Assembly: GCA_934446365.1 (NCBI GenBank)
Contig: CAKSDZ010000005.1
Coordinates: forward strand, 9,685-73,684
Direction of reading: 5' to 3'
From: an uncultured Eubacteriales bacterium
GTDB taxonomy: Bacteria; Bacillota; Clostridia; Oscillospirales; CAG-272
Length of the DNA: 64,000 nt
The notes under the pieces were generated by a model. It made no database searches. It was not told the origin of the DNA and saw only the letters and a program-made list of their open reading frames with translations. Shown here piece after piece: positions 17,994-28,720 of this stretch (the first letter of the stretch is position 1; each line of letters opens with the position of its first letter). The position numbers and the translations under genes are program-made.

Positions 17994-19208
17994 ATGCAAA
18001 TCAAAAAAATAATAGCGGCTTTTACGCTGCTCGCTCTGCTTTTTACGGTATCCTGTGGAAAAACGCCGCAGGATGCTCCTACAACGTCCTCCGGCACGAC
18101 AGAGCCGGAGACGACTGCCGCCCTTTCGCCGACAGAACAAATACTGGCGGGGATGACAACAGAACAAAAGATCGCTCAGCTTTTGGTAGCGGGACTTGCC
18201 GGTACCGAGGCAGGTGCGGACGGCACATCGGCAGTCGCGGATTACCAGGTGGGAGGCATCATTCTGTTCGGCAGAAACGTGTCGGACAGCTGCCAGCTGA
18301 CAGCACTCACCAATCAATTAAAAGCCCTGAATGGTGACTATATCCCGCTCTTTCTATGCGTGGACGAGGAAGGCGGCAGAGTTTCACGCATGCCGCCCGA
18401 AATCACCGATATTCCCTGCGCATATACCTATGGGAACCTATCAAAGCCCAATCTCTTGACACATCTTGGCAGCACTCTCGGCGCCGAATGTGCCGCATTC
18501 GGTCTCAATCTTGATTTCGCGCCCGTCATGGATGTTTTTTCAAATCCGGATAATACCGTCATCGGTGACCGTTCTTACAGCAGTGTTCCGGATACAGCCG
18601 CATGGGCGGCGGCACTCGTCGCCGGCGGACTTCGGGATACCGGCATTATCGCCGCGGGGAAGCATTTTCCCGGACACGGCGACACCGTGACCGATTCCCA
18701 TACGGAGCTGCCCGTCATCGACAAAACACGCGAAGAATGGAACCAAACCGATGCGGTTCCTTTCCGGGAAGCAGTTCGTTCCGGCATTCCTGTCATCATG
18801 ACAGGACATATTCTAATGTCAAGTTTAGACTCGGAGAATCCTGCTACCCTTTCCCACACCATCGTCACGGAAATTTTACGGGAGGAGATGGGATTCGACG
18901 GAGTGATCTGCACCGACGACCTTACCATGGGTGCGATTTCCAAAACCTATGGTATCGGAGAAGCGGCAGTACGCGCCGTCGCGGCGGGCTGTGATCTGCT
19001 GCTTATTTGCCATGAGTCGGAGAATCTGAAAGCAGCCTATGATGCCCTCTGCGCCGCCGTGGAAAGCGGCAGAATTTCGGAGGAACGCCTGAATGAAAGT
19101 GTATCGCGGATTCTATCCTTAAAAATAGAATATAAGCTGACAAACGATCCGATCGCCATCCCTGATGTGGATGCGCTTAACCGTCAGATTAAAGAAATTT
19201 TGCCGTAA
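17994..19208 (+). CDS. Glycoside hydrolase family 3 beta-N-acetylhexosaminidase-like lipoprotein (NagZ-like)
   Basis: 404 aa. Lipobox LFTVSCG. GH3 N-terminal domain motifs (VDEEGGRVSR, GKHFPGHGDTVTDSH, TDDLTMGA). Confidence 0.85.
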   Translation: MQIKKIIAAFTLLALLFTVSCGKTPQDAPTTSSGTTEPETTAALSPTEQILAGMTTEQKIAQLLVAGLAGTEAGADGTSAVADYQVGGIILFGRNVSDSCQLTALTNQLKALNGDYIPLFLCVDEEGGRVSRMPPEITDIPCAYTYGNLSKPNLLTHLGSTLGAECAAFGLNLDFAPVMDVFSNPDNTVIGDRSYSSVPDTAAWAAALVAGGLRDTGIIAAGKHFPGHGDTVTDSHTELPVIDKTREEWNQTDAVPFREAVRSGIPVIMTGHILMSSLDSENPATLSHTIVTEILREEMGFDGVICTDDLTMGAISKTYGIGEAAVRAVAAGCDLLLICHESENLKAAYDALCAAVESGRISEERLNESVSRILSLKIEYKLTNDPIAIPDVDALNRQIKEILP

Positions 19209-19253
19209 AATCTTCAATTTGCAGGAAAACACATACCCGAAAATTTTTCATAC

Positions 19254-19283
19254 AGAAAGCCCCGTCGAAGGACGGGGCTTTCT
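19254..19283. terminator. Hairpin terminator between convergent genes
   Basis: agaaagccccgtc-gaag-gacggggctttct, located between the NagZ-like gene and the 19367 minus-strand ORF. Confidence 0.5.
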
Positions 19284-19366
19284 GTCTTATATGCTTCTAT
19301 AAACTGCCGCAAAATCAGACCGAATTACACCGGGTCTTGCCGTACCGGCGCACTCCTGCATTCAAT

Positions 19367-19864
19367 TCAAATTTCGGTGGGCTGCTTGTCCTCGCGTCGC
19401 AGCTTGCAGTCATCCACCATTTTCTCATAAAACGCAATGAGCCTTTGATTGGTGGTTTCCCGGCAGCGAACGACCTCCGCCACAGCTTTGGCGAGTTCAT
19501 CCGCCGAACCGCCTTTTTCCAAAGTCGGCTCGTTGTCCACTGTGGAGATGGTATCCAATGCTTTCATGATAACGGACACGTCGTTTGCGATCCTTTCAAT
19601 CTGTTCCAGCGCATATTCCAAAGAGTATTTCGCAGTCAACGCCGTTTCCTCTGACGTAAAATTGTTTTCTTTTCTGTTTTCTGTATTTGTCATTTTCATA
19701 TCCTCCGAAATTATGTTTTGTTTGTTCGGCGGACACGCAAGACAGATCGTGTTTTCATCGATAAAGCGCGCCCTGCCGTTTTTGACGAGTCCTCTTGCCC
19801 GTCTCTCCCAGGTCGCTTCATACCGGATGCCGGCTTCATCGACAACTTGTACCGTTTTTTGCAA
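19367..19864 (-). CDS. Hypothetical protein
   Basis: 165 aa, TTG start preceded by GGGGGAG. No family recognised. The N-terminal ~45 aa are basic (YEATWERRARGLVKNGRARF) and the C-terminal part is helical/acidic. Confidence 0.55.
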   Translation of the reverse strand: MQKTVQVVDEAGIRYEATWERRARGLVKNGRARFIDENTICLACPPNKQNIISEDMKMTNTENRKENNFTSEETALTAKYSLEYALEQIERIANDVSVIMKALDTISTVDNEPTLEKGGSADELAKAVAEVVRCRETTNQRLIAFYEKMVDDCKLRREDKQPTEI

Positions 19865-20094
19865 TGGGTGTCTCCCCCTTTATTCGATTTTTTTGCCGGC
19901 CATGGTATGCCGGACCGTGTTTGCCGTTTTTTGTGATGGGTGCCGTCCCCGCGCGAAGAATCGGATAGAACCTCCGCATTGTCATCATAACACAAAAAAA
20001 CTTATTTGTAAAGTTTTTTGTCAATTTTTAATACCCGCGAGAACGGAGTTTCTTTTCCTTTATCCAAAAAAATGACGTTTTCCCCGCAAAGCGG

Positions 20095-20124
20095 TTGACA
20101 AGCCTGTTTAAAATGGGCTATAAT
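20095..20124 (+). promoter_or_regulatory. Sigma-70-type promoter of the yicC-remA-gmk-rpoZ-priA string
   Basis: TTGACA (20095-20100), 18-nt spacer, TATAAT (20119-20124). Confidence 0.5.
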
Positions 20125-20169
20125 ATATAATAATATTATAATTATACTCTTATGGAAAGGCAGCCACCC

Positions 20170-21051
20170 ATGATTAAAAGCATGACGGCATACGGCAGGT
20201 CGAAAAAAGAGGTCGGCGGACGCGACATTCTTGTGGAAATCAAATCCGTCAATAACCGGTACCTCGACTGCACCGTGAAATTGCCGAGACTGTTCGGCTT
20301 TTTAGAAGAAAAAATCAAATCCTATCTTTCATTGAGGGGCATTTCCCGCGGAAAAATAGAAATTTTCGTATCCATCGATATTTTGGAGGAAACCGGCATA
20401 TCCGTCGAGCTGGATACCGCATATGCTTCAAGCTATATCGCGGCGCTGCGCCGTCTTGCGGCGGAGTTCGGACTTCCGGAGAACATCACGACCACATCCG
20501 TCGCCGCAAACCGCGATATTTTCGCCATCAAACGGGCGGACGACGATATGGACCGCGAATGGCAGAATCTGCTCCCCGTGCTGGAAGAGGCGACCGACGC
20601 TTTTATCGCCTCCCGCGAGCGGGAAGGCGCCAACATGAAAGCGGACATTCTCACAAAACGCCGCCGCATTGAGGAGCTGACCGCAAAAGTCGCGCCTTTA
20701 TCCGAGGCCGACGTCAAAAATCAGTACGCCAAGCTGGAGACCCGCATTAAGCAGCTGCTCGGCGACGTCTCGGTGGACGAAAGCCGGCTGATTACGGAAT
20801 GTGCTCTCTTTGCCGACAAAATCGCCATCGATGAAGAGCTGGTGCGGCTCGCTTCCCATTTCGAGGCTTTCGACGCCATCATCGAGGCGAACGAGCCCGT
20901 CGGGCGCAAGCTCGACTTCCTGCTTCAAGAAATCAACCGGGAAACCAACACAATCGGCTCCAAGGCCTGCAACGTGGAAATCGCAAAAATCATTGTGGAA
21001 ATCAAGAGCGAGCTGGAAAAAATCCGCGAGCAAATTCAGAATATCGAGTAA
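20170..21051 (+). CDS. yicC: YicC-family stress-induced protein
   Basis: MIKSMTAYGR start is typical of YicC. C-terminal DUF1732-like region (NRETNTIGSKA). The track ORF starts 18 nt upstream, at 20152. Confidence 0.85.
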   Translation: MIKSMTAYGRSKKEVGGRDILVEIKSVNNRYLDCTVKLPRLFGFLEEKIKSYLSLRGISRGKIEIFVSIDILEETGISVELDTAYASSYIAALRRLAAEFGLPENITTTSVAANRDIFAIKRADDDMDREWQNLLPVLEEATDAFIASREREGANMKADILTKRRRIEELTAKVAPLSEADVKNQYAKLETRIKQLLGDVSVDESRLITECALFADKIAIDEELVRLASHFEAFDAIIEANEPVGRKLDFLLQEINRETNTIGSKACNVEIAKIIVEIKSELEKIREQIQNIE

Positions 21052-21078
21052 TTCCGCGGAAGAGAGGATTCTTTTTAT

Positions 21079-21354
21079 ATGAAATTCATAAGCATCGGAA
21101 ATGGAAATATGGTGGCTGCGCATCGCGTGATTTCGGTCGTAGGCCCGGATTCCGCCCCGATCAAGCGTCTCATTCAGGACGCGCGCGACGCGGGACGCGT
21201 GATCGACGTTTCCTGCGGACGGCGCACAAGATCCGTCATTTTCACGGACAGCGACCACATCATCCTGTCCGCAATCAAGCCGGAAACCATCTCCACCCGT
21301 CTGAACGGTCAGGCGGAACAGGAGGATGAGGAAGAAAGCGACGACGAGAGCTGA
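21079..21354 (+). CDS. remA: DUF370 regulator RemA
   Basis: 91 aa. [28 protein letters not shown]...[19 protein letters not shown]. Conserved position before gmk. Confidence 0.85.
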   Translation: MKFISIGNGNMVAAHRVISVVGPDSAPIKRLIQDARDAGRVIDVSCGRRTRSVIFTDSDHIILSAIKPETISTRLNGQAEQEDEEESDDES

Positions 21355-21371
21355 CGGAAAGGAACACGACA

Positions 21372-21980
21372 ATGAAAAAAAGAGGTCTGCTTTTTATCAT
21401 ATCCGGTCCCGCCGGAAGCGGCAAGGGCACGATTGTCAAGCGGGTGCGCGAGCTTGCCGAATTTGATTTTTCCGTTTCCGCAACCACAAGGGCGCCCCGT
21501 CCGGGAGAGACCGAGGGCGTGCATTATTTCTTCACCGACAAAGAGGAATTCAAACGGAAAATCGCGGCAGGCGAAATGCTCGAACACGCGGAATACGTGG
21601 GAAATTACTACGGAACGCCGAAAAAACCTGTCGACGACGCGCTTTCCGCCGGAAAAAACATCATTCTCGATATCGACGTACAGGGCGCGCTTCAAGTCAA
21701 AACAAAAATGCCGGAGGCCGTGATGATTTTCGTGCTTCCGCCCGATTTCGAGACGCTGATGCGCCGCATTCGCGGCCGCGGAACGGAATCGGAGGAAATC
21801 ATCGCCAAGAGAATGGAAAAAGCGCGATTTGAGCTTCAATGCTTCGACCGATACGATTATGCGGTCGTCAACCGCGATAACGGCGTGGAAGAAGCCGCAG
21901 GCGACGTTCTTTCCATTTTGAAAGCGGAAACGCTCAAAACCTTCCGCAACACCGATATCAAAGACAATTTCTTTCAATAA
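21372..21980 (+). CDS. gmk: Guanylate kinase
   Basis: 202 aa. P-loop GPAGSGKGT, SATTRAPRPGE, EYVGNYYGTP. Confidence 0.92.
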   Translation: MKKRGLLFIISGPAGSGKGTIVKRVRELAEFDFSVSATTRAPRPGETEGVHYFFTDKEEFKRKIAAGEMLEHAEYVGNYYGTPKKPVDDALSAGKNIILDIDVQGALQVKTKMPEAVMIFVLPPDFETLMRRIRGRGTESEEIIAKRMEKARFELQCFDRYDYAVVNRDNGVEEAAGDVLSILKAETLKTFRNTDIKDNFFQ

Positions 21981-22011
21981 ATCAACGCCATAAGGCCAAA
22001 GGGAGAAACTT

Positions 22012-22302
22012 ATGATTACACCGTCCATCGAACAGCTCACAAAAGGAAAATTCAATCGCTACTCGCTCGTCATCGCAACCGCAAAATGCGCAAGAATGAT
22101 TACGGATGAATATGTCGTGCAAAGAGAAAAAGCGGAAAAAATGATTGCGGACAAAAAGACCGACAAGAGCATCGCCTCGCTGATTGCAAGCGATATCCGC
22201 GACAACAAAGCGGTGGAAAACGCCGTGCAAAAGCTATATCACGGGGAATATCGGGTCATTCTGCCGGAAGAAAAGCAGAGCGAGAACGGACAACCGGAAT
22301 AA
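22012..22302 (+). CDS. rpoZ: DNA-directed RNA polymerase subunit omega
   Basis: 96 aa. NRYSLVIATAKCARMI motif. Conserved gmk-rpoZ order. Confidence 0.85.
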   Translation: MITPSIEQLTKGKFNRYSLVIATAKCARMITDEYVVQREKAEKMIADKKTDKSIASLIASDIRDNKAVENAVQKLYHGEYRVILPEEKQSENGQPE

Positions 22303-24749
22303 TGGAAGCGTATGTCAGGACGCTCGGCGTTCGTCTGCTCGACGTACCCTATCATCTCGATATCGAATACACCTATTATGTTCCGGAAAACATCACCGCC
22401 GAATTCACCGTCGGTGAATTTGTTTTGGTTCCGTTCGGCGGTGCGAACAAAAAGCACTGCTCGCTCGTCACGAGCATCGGAGAAACGGAGGATTTCAGCC
22501 GGCTCAAGCCTGTGCTCTCCCCCATTAACGAACAGCTCGCGTTAAATGAAGAAATGATGGCGCTCGTCCGTTTTTTATGCGACCGGACGCTCTGCACCGT
22601 CGGCGACGCCGTGCGCCGCCTGATTCCGGCCGGCGCGTTTGAACGCGCCGACGAATACTATTTCGCCGCCTCGAAGACAGAAGAATTTTCCCTCAATGCG
22701 AAAGCGGCGGCGATTCACGCTTTCATCGCGCAGCATGCGCCGACCTCGGCAGCGCGGCTTGAAAAGGAATTCGGCGAAGATGTCCGCCCCGCCCTCAAAA
22801 CGCTGCTGTCCGAGGGCTATGTCACCGCGGACACACGCATCAAGGAAGCGCGCGGCGCCACGGAAGAGATCGCAGCGCCCAAAGAGGGCGCGGATCCCGC
22901 GTCGCTGACAAAGCCCCGCACACCGGAGGCCTACCGCCGCCTTTACGCGGAAATTTCGGAGAACGGAAGCATCCCGACAAAGGCGCTGATCGAAGCGGGC
23001 TACAAGCCGGCGCACATCAAGGCGCTCGAAAAAAGAGGGCTTATCACGCTTACGAAAACCGAAGTTCTGCGCAATCATTATAAGGATATTCCGGCCGACA
23101 CCGAAGAAATCACGCTGTCCGACGAGCAGCAGGAAGCGTTTCAGACGCTCGCTTCCCTCATGGACGAAAAAAAGCCGCACGCCGCCCTGCTCTACGGCGT
23201 CACGGGAAGCGGCAAGACCAGCGTCATTCTCTCCCTCTGTGAAAAAGCGGTTTCGGACGGCAAATCCGTCATCGTGCTGGTTCCGGAAATCGCACTGACA
23301 AGACAGACCGTAGCGGTGTTCGTTTCCCGCTTCGGGGAGCGCGCCGCCGTAATTCACTCGGGGCTTTCCGACGGCGAACGCTTCGACGCCTACAAAAGAA
23401 TCCGGCGCGGCGATATTTCCGTCGTGCTCGGAACGCGCTCCGCCATTTTTGCGCCGCTTGGCAATATCGGTCTTATCGTCATCGATGAGGAGCAGGAATA
23501 TACCTACAAATCCGACATGTCGCCGAAATATCATGCGCGCGATGTGGCAAAGCACAGAGCCGCCGCGCACGGCGCGCTGCTTCTCATGGCATCCGCCACG
23601 CCCTCCGTGGAAAGCTTCCATGAGGCGGAAACCGGCAAATACACGCTTGTGAAGCTGACCCGGCGATACTGCGGCGATGCGCTTCCGGCCGTCAAAATCG
23701 CCGATATGCGCCTTGCCTCACATGGCGAGGACACCGAAGGCTATATCGGCTCCACGCTGCGCGAGCTGCTTTGCGAAACCTATGAAAACGGTATGCAGTC
23801 CATGCTGTTTCTAAACCGCCGCGGATACAACAGCCTGCTCTCCTGCCGCGCCTGCGGAGAAACGCTGCTCTGTCCGAACTGCTCCGTTTCCCTGACGCAT
23901 CACAAAACAAAGCGCGGTTCCAAGCTCGTCTGCCACTATTGCGGATACAGCATACCGGCGCCGCATTTCTGCCCGAAATGCGGAAGCGAGCACCTCGCGT
24001 TTGCCGGCTTCGGCACACAGCTCATCGAAGAGGAAATCGCGGCGTTCCTTCCGGACGCAAGAGTGCTGCGCATGGACGCGGATACCACCAAGGAACGCTT
24101 CTCGCAGGATGAAATCACGGCCGCATTCGGACGCGGAGACGCGGATATTCTCGTCGGCACGCAAATGATCGCCAAGGGACACAATTTTCCGAAGCTCGCC
24201 CTTGTCGGCGTCGTCGCGGCGGACAATTCGCTGTTTCTCGACGATTTTCGCGCGAACGAGCGCACCTTTTCTCTCATCACACAGGTTATCGGCCGCGCCG
24301 GCCGCACCGGAGGCGGCGGCACCGCCGTCATACAGACCTTCAATCCCGACAATGAAACCATTCGGCTTTCGGCGGCTCAGGATTACGACGCATTTTATCG
24401 GAACGAAATCGCCGTGCGCCGCGCGCTCGTGTTTCCGCCGTTCTGCGATATTGCCGTTTTCTCTTTCTCCGCGGAGGAAGAAACCGAACTTCGGATATTC
24501 GCTGCGGATTTCGCAGGGCAGCTGAGAGAAATGCAAAAAAAAGGAACCGACGAGGTAAAGCTGCTCATCTTTGGACCGTTTGAAGCACCCGTATTCAAAG
24601 TAAAAAACAAATACCGAATGAGAATCGTCATCAAATTCAAAAACAACAAGTATGCGCGCGCGCTCTTCTCCGAAATGCTCAAAGCATACGGCAAAAAAGC
24701 ACAGGGAAAAATCACACTCGCGATCGACATCAACCCCACCAGTACATAA
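22302..24749 (+). CDS. priA: Primosomal protein N' (replication restart helicase PriA)
   Basis: 815 aa. Walker A GVTGSGKT, DEEQE box, and Cys-rich zinc module (CRACG..CPNC..CHYCG..CPKCG). Its start overlaps the rpoZ stop by 1 nt. Confidence 0.92.
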   Translation: MEAYVRTLGVRLLDVPYHLDIEYTYYVPENITAEFTVGEFVLVPFGGANKKHCSLVTSIGETEDFSRLKPVLSPINEQLALNEEMMALVRFLCDRTLCTVGDAVRRLIPAGAFERADEYYFAASKTEEFSLNAKAAAIHAFIAQHAPTSAARLEKEFGEDVRPALKTLLSEGYVTADTRIKEARGATEEIAAPKEGADPASLTKPRTPEAYRRLYAEISENGSIPTKALIEAGYKPAHIKALEKRGLITLTKTEVLRNHYKDIPADTEEITLSDEQQEAFQTLASLMDEKKPHAALLYGVTGSGKTSVILSLCEKAVSDGKSVIVLVPEIALTRQTVAVFVSRFGERAAVIHSGLSDGERFDAYKRIRRGDISVVLGTRSAIFAPLGNIGLIVIDEEQEYTYKSDMSPKYHARDVAKHRAAAHGALLLMASATPSVESFHEAETGKYTLVKLTRRYCGDALPAVKIADMRLASHGEDTEGYIGSTLRELLCETYENGMQSMLFLNRRGYNSLLSCRACGETLLCPNCSVSLTHHKTKRGSKLVCHYCGYSIPAPHFCPKCGSEHLAFAGFGTQLIEEEIAAFLPDARVLRMDADTTKERFSQDEITAAFGRGDADILVGTQMIAKGHNFPKLALVGVVAADNSLFLDDFRANERTFSLITQVIGRAGRTGGGGTAVIQTFNPDNETIRLSAAQDYDAFYRNEIAVRRALVFPPFCDIAVFSFSAEEETELRIFAADFAGQLREMQKKGTDEVKLLIFGPFEAPVFKVKNKYRMRIVIKFKNNKYARALFSEMLKAYGKKAQGKITLAIDINPTST

Positions 24750-24781
24750 CCCGGCACGCCGCAAAAGGAAAGGATAATTTC

Positions 24782-25273
24782 ATGGCCCAACTGAAAATAC
24801 TCACGGAAAAGGAGCCCGCTCTGCGCAAAAAAAGCAGACCGGTCACGGAAATTTCTCCGAGAATCAAAACCCTGCTCGACGATATGCTCGAAACGATGCG
24901 CCAGGCGGACGGCTGCGGTCTTGCCGCACCGCAGGTCGGCGTTCTCAGGCGGATTGTCGTCATCGAGGTCACGCCGGGCGAGGTCTTGGAGCTTATCAAT
25001 CCGGAAATCATCGCGCAAAGCGGCGAGATGACGGGACCCGAGGGCTGCCTTTCCGTCCCCGGTAAGCAAGGCATTGTCAAACGTCCCTCCTATGTGCGCG
25101 TGAGAGCGCTTGACCGAAACGGCGTCATGCAGACCTATGAGGGCACGGAGCTGCTCGCACGATGCTTTTGCCATGAAATCGACCATCTTGACGGCATTCT
25201 TTACACCGATAAAGCGGAAAAAATCCTCTATCCCGACGAGGATGGAGACTATGACGAGGACGAGGAAGCATGA
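24782..25273 (+). CDS. def: Peptide deformylase
   Basis: 163 aa. GLAAPQVG, EGCLS, HEIDHL motifs. Confidence 0.92.
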   Translation: MAQLKILTEKEPALRKKSRPVTEISPRIKTLLDDMLETMRQADGCGLAAPQVGVLRRIVVIEVTPGEVLELINPEIIAQSGEMTGPEGCLSVPGKQGIVKRPSYVRVRALDRNGVMQTYEGTELLARCFCHEIDHLDGILYTDKAEKILYPDEDGDYDEDEEA

Positions 25274-26211
25274 GAATCCTTTTTATGGGCACACCGGAGT
25301 TCGCAGCGGCGGCACTTGACGCCATCGCGAAAGCCTATCCGAACGAAGTCGTCGGCGCCGTGACAAGGCAGGACACGCCGAAAAACCGCGGACACGCCAT
25401 GACGCCGCCGCCGGTCAAAATTTTAGCACAGTCCTTGGGGATTCCTGTTTATCAGCCGGTCAATCTGAAAGCGGAAAATTTCCGTGAAACGCTCGATAGC
25501 TGCGCACCCGATATCATCATCGTCGCCGCTTACGGGCGGATTTTGCCCGCATATGTGCTGGACGCACCCCGCTTCGGCTGTATCAACATCCACGCATCCC
25601 TGCTTCCGAAATACCGCGGCGCGGCGCCCATTCAGCGCGCGATTCTCGCGGGCGAGAAGGAAGCAGGCGTCACCATTATGAAAATGGCGGAGGGAATCGA
25701 CACGGGGGACATGTATAAAAAAGCATCCTTTCCCCTTTCCGGAACGGAAAATTACGGAGAAATCCACGACAGGCTTGCCGCACTCGGCGCCGAACTCATC
25801 ACCGACGTGATGGAGCAAATTTTCCGCGGTGTGGCTCATGCCGAAAAACAGGACGATGCGCTTGCGACTTATGCCGCGAAAATCGAAAAAGAGGACCGAC
25901 TTCTCTCTTTTGACGCGCCGGCGGAGGAAATTATCAACAAAATCCGCGCGTTCTCTCCTGCCCCCGGCGCGGAAGCGGCGCTTCCCTCGGGCAAAGTCAA
26001 AATCACGGCGGCAAAATGCGCGGGCGACGCGCCGGACGGGGCGCCCGGCACGGTATCCGTGCTTTCCGCCAAAGGAGACGGAACGCTCGCCGTCAACTGC
26101 AAAGACGGCAAAATCCTCATCGAGCGCCTGATTCCGGAGGGCAAAAAGGAAATGACGGCAGGCGATTTTATCCGCGGCCGCAGAATCACACCGGAGGATA
26201 AATTCCTTTAA
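25270..26211 (+). CDS. fmt: Methionyl-tRNA formyltransferase
   Basis: 313 aa. HASLLPKYRGAAPIQ motif. 4-nt overlap with def. Confidence 0.92.
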   Translation: MRILFMGTPEFAAAALDAIAKAYPNEVVGAVTRQDTPKNRGHAMTPPPVKILAQSLGIPVYQPVNLKAENFRETLDSCAPDIIIVAAYGRILPAYVLDAPRFGCINIHASLLPKYRGAAPIQRAILAGEKEAGVTIMKMAEGIDTGDMYKKASFPLSGTENYGEIHDRLAALGAELITDVMEQIFRGVAHAEKQDDALATYAAKIEKEDRLLSFDAPAEEIINKIRAFSPAPGAEAALPSGKVKITAAKCAGDAPDGAPGTVSVLSAKGDGTLAVNCKDGKILIERLIPEGKKEMTAGDFIRGRRITPEDKFL

Positions 26212-26268
26212 TCGGAAATTACAAAACGCCGCAGCCAAAAAGAGCGCGGACGGAATACGGAGACACCC

Positions 26269-27585
26269 ATGAACGCAAGAGAAGCCGCCTTTTTGTCGCT
26301 TTTAAAATATGAAAATCACGGCGTTTACTCCAATATCGAGCTTTCCTATTCGATCGAGCGCAATCATTTGGAGGGCGCCGAAAAAGCGCTCTATACTGCG
26401 CTGTTTTACGGTGTAATCGAACGAAAGCTCACACTCGACTACTATATCGCGGCACTCTCGGACAGACCGGAGCGAGAGATCGACATCAATATCCGCGTGA
26501 TTCTTCGCATCGGGCTTTATCAGCTCCTTTATATGAACAAAATTCCGGAATCCGCCGCCGTCAACGAAAGCGTAAAGCTCGCCGGCAGATTTTATGCCAA
26601 AAAGAACAGCGAAAGCTTCATCAACGCGGTGCTTCGCAGCTTTCTCAGGCGGAAGCATGAGCTTTCCTTTCCCGATAGGACGAAAGACCCCATCAAAGCG
26701 CTTTCCGTTCTCTACTCCGTTCCGGAATGGATCTGCCGGCTTTGGCGCGATACCTACGGAACGGAAACGGCGGAGAAGATATTGAATACACTGAATGTCC
26801 CGCCCGCGATGACGCTCACGGTCAATCCCTTAAAAAATACGCCGTCCGAATTTTTATCTTTCCTTGCAGCCTCCGGAATCGATGCCGTACAAAGCGAGCT
26901 TTCCCCGAGCAGCGTCCGGCTCGCCGGCGCGCTTCCGTTGAACAGGCTCTCTCCGTTTGAGGGCAGATATTTCGTTCAGGACGAGGCCTCCGCGCTGTGC
27001 GTTCTCGCGATGGGTGCACAGCCGGGGGAAACCGTGCTCGACGCCTGCGCCTGTCCCGGTGGGAAAAGCTTCGGCATGGCGATGGCCATGCAAAATACCG
27101 GTCGAATCTGTTCCTTCGATTTGCACAAAAATAAGCTCTCCTTAATCGAAAAGGGAGCCGCCTCGCTCGGAATCTCCATCATAGAAACGGGCGTGCAGAA
27201 TGCGGCCGCTTTTCGAGAGGACATGCCTCGCTTTGACCGGGTCCTCTGCGATGTTCCCTGCTCCGGACTCGGCGTCCTCGCCAAAAAGCCCGATATCCGC
27301 TATAAATCGGAGGACGACGTGCAAAAGCTGCCGGAGCTGCAATACCGGATTCTCAAAACCGGCGCGGAATATCTGAAAACCGGCGGCACCCTCGTTTATT
27401 CCACCTGCACCCTGAATCCCGCCGAAAACCATGATGTCGTCAACCGCTTTTTGGACGGGCATCCGGACTTTTCGCTTTGTCCGTTCGAGGCGGGCGCGCT
27501 TCATTCGGACGGCATGCTGGAAATTCTGCCGCACGAATACGGAACGGACGGCTTTTTTATCGCAAAGCTTGCAAAGAAAGACTAA
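26269..27585 (+). CDS. rsmB: 16S rRNA (cytosine967-C5)-methyltransferase
   Basis: 438 aa. NusB-like N-terminus, SAM MTase motifs DACACPGGKS and DVPCSGLG, and catalytic TCT region (YSTCTL). Confidence 0.9.
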   Translation: MNAREAAFLSLLKYENHGVYSNIELSYSIERNHLEGAEKALYTALFYGVIERKLTLDYYIAALSDRPEREIDINIRVILRIGLYQLLYMNKIPESAAVNESVKLAGRFYAKKNSESFINAVLRSFLRRKHELSFPDRTKDPIKALSVLYSVPEWICRLWRDTYGTETAEKILNTLNVPPAMTLTVNPLKNTPSEFLSFLAASGIDAVQSELSPSSVRLAGALPLNRLSPFEGRYFVQDEASALCVLAMGAQPGETVLDACACPGGKSFGMAMAMQNTGRICSFDLHKNKLSLIEKGAASLGISIIETGVQNAAAFREDMPRFDRVLCDVPCSGLGVLAKKPDIRYKSEDDVQKLPELQYRILKTGAEYLKTGGTLVYSTCTLNPAENHDVVNRFLDGHPDFSLCPFEAGALHSDGMLEILPHEYGTDGFFIAKLAKKD

Positions 27586-27624
27586 ACAAAATCTGCGCCG
27601 CAAATGCGGCATGAGGAATCAAAC

Positions 27625-28659
27625 ATGGACAAGGCAGACATATTAAGCATGACAAAAGCCGAGCTCTGCGATTTCATTCTGACGCTCGGAGAACCGAAAT
27701 TCCGCGCGTCTCAAATCATGGAATGGCTGATACGCGGCATGGACTTCTCCGATATGAAAAACCTGCCGAAAGCACTGCGGGAGAAGTTAGATCAGACCGC
27801 CTTTATCGCCGGTGCGGCCGTCTCCCGCAAGCTCGTTTCCGCCGATGGGACCATCAAATATCTATTCGAGCTATACGACGGGGAAAAAATCGAATCCGTC
27901 TTTATGCGGTATAAGCACGGCAACACGCTCTGCATTTCCACGGAGGCCGGCTGTCCGATGGGCTGCGCCTTCTGCGCCTCCACCCTGCGGGGACTTTCCA
28001 GACGGCTTCTTCCCTCCGAAATGCTCGCACAAATCATAGCGGCCGAAAAAGATACCGGAGAGAGGATTTCCGGCGTCGTGCTCATGGGAATCGGCGAGCC
28101 GCTCGACAATTATGACAACGTGATAAAATTCCTGCGGCTTGTAGGTTCTCCCGACGGACTTAATATCGGCTACCGCCATATCTCGCTTTCTACCTGCGGA
28201 CTTGTAGACGGAATCCGCCGCCTCGCGGAGGAAAATCTGCCGATTACGCTTTCCATCTCTCTGCATGCGGCGGACGACGAAACCCGCTCGTCCTTGATGC
28301 CGGTGAACAAAAGATGGAACATCGCCGAGCTTCTCTCCGCCTGCCGCGATTATTTTGAAAAAACGGGCCGGCGCATTTCCTTTGAATACACCCTTGTCCG
28401 CGGCAAAAACGACGGCAGGCAGGACGCGGAAAAGCTCGCGGACACGCTGTACCGCTGCTGCTCCGGCATGCCGCTTCATGTGAATCTGATTCCGGTGAAT
28501 CCCGTGCGCGAGCGCGGCTTTCAGCCAAGCGGCAGACAGGGCGTTCGGAAATTTGCCGCGGCGCTGAAAGCGCGCCGGATTACGGCGACGGTACGCCGCA
28601 CACTCGGGTCGGACATCGACGCCTCCTGCGGACAGCTGCGCGCCGGGGAAAAGGAATAA
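27625..28659 (+). CDS. rlmN: 23S rRNA/tRNA (adenine-C2)-methyltransferase, radical SAM
   Basis: Radical SAM cluster CPMGCAFCAS and C-terminal CGQL. GAGGA lies 7 nt before the ATG at 27625. The track start at 27604 is less likely. Confidence 0.9.
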   Translation: MDKADILSMTKAELCDFILTLGEPKFRASQIMEWLIRGMDFSDMKNLPKALREKLDQTAFIAGAAVSRKLVSADGTIKYLFELYDGEKIESVFMRYKHGNTLCISTEAGCPMGCAFCASTLRGLSRRLLPSEMLAQIIAAEKDTGERISGVVLMGIGEPLDNYDNVIKFLRLVGSPDGLNIGYRHISLSTCGLVDGIRRLAEENLPITLSISLHAADDETRSSLMPVNKRWNIAELLSACRDYFEKTGRRISFEYTLVRGKNDGRQDAEKLADTLYRCCSGMPLHVNLIPVNPVRERGFQPSGRQGVRKFAAALKARRITATVRRTLGSDIDASCGQLRAGEKE

Positions 28660-28720
28660 TCGCCACGGCAATTCCATATATTTTTATCAAAAAATCTGAA
28701 CCTTTGAAAGGAATCCATAC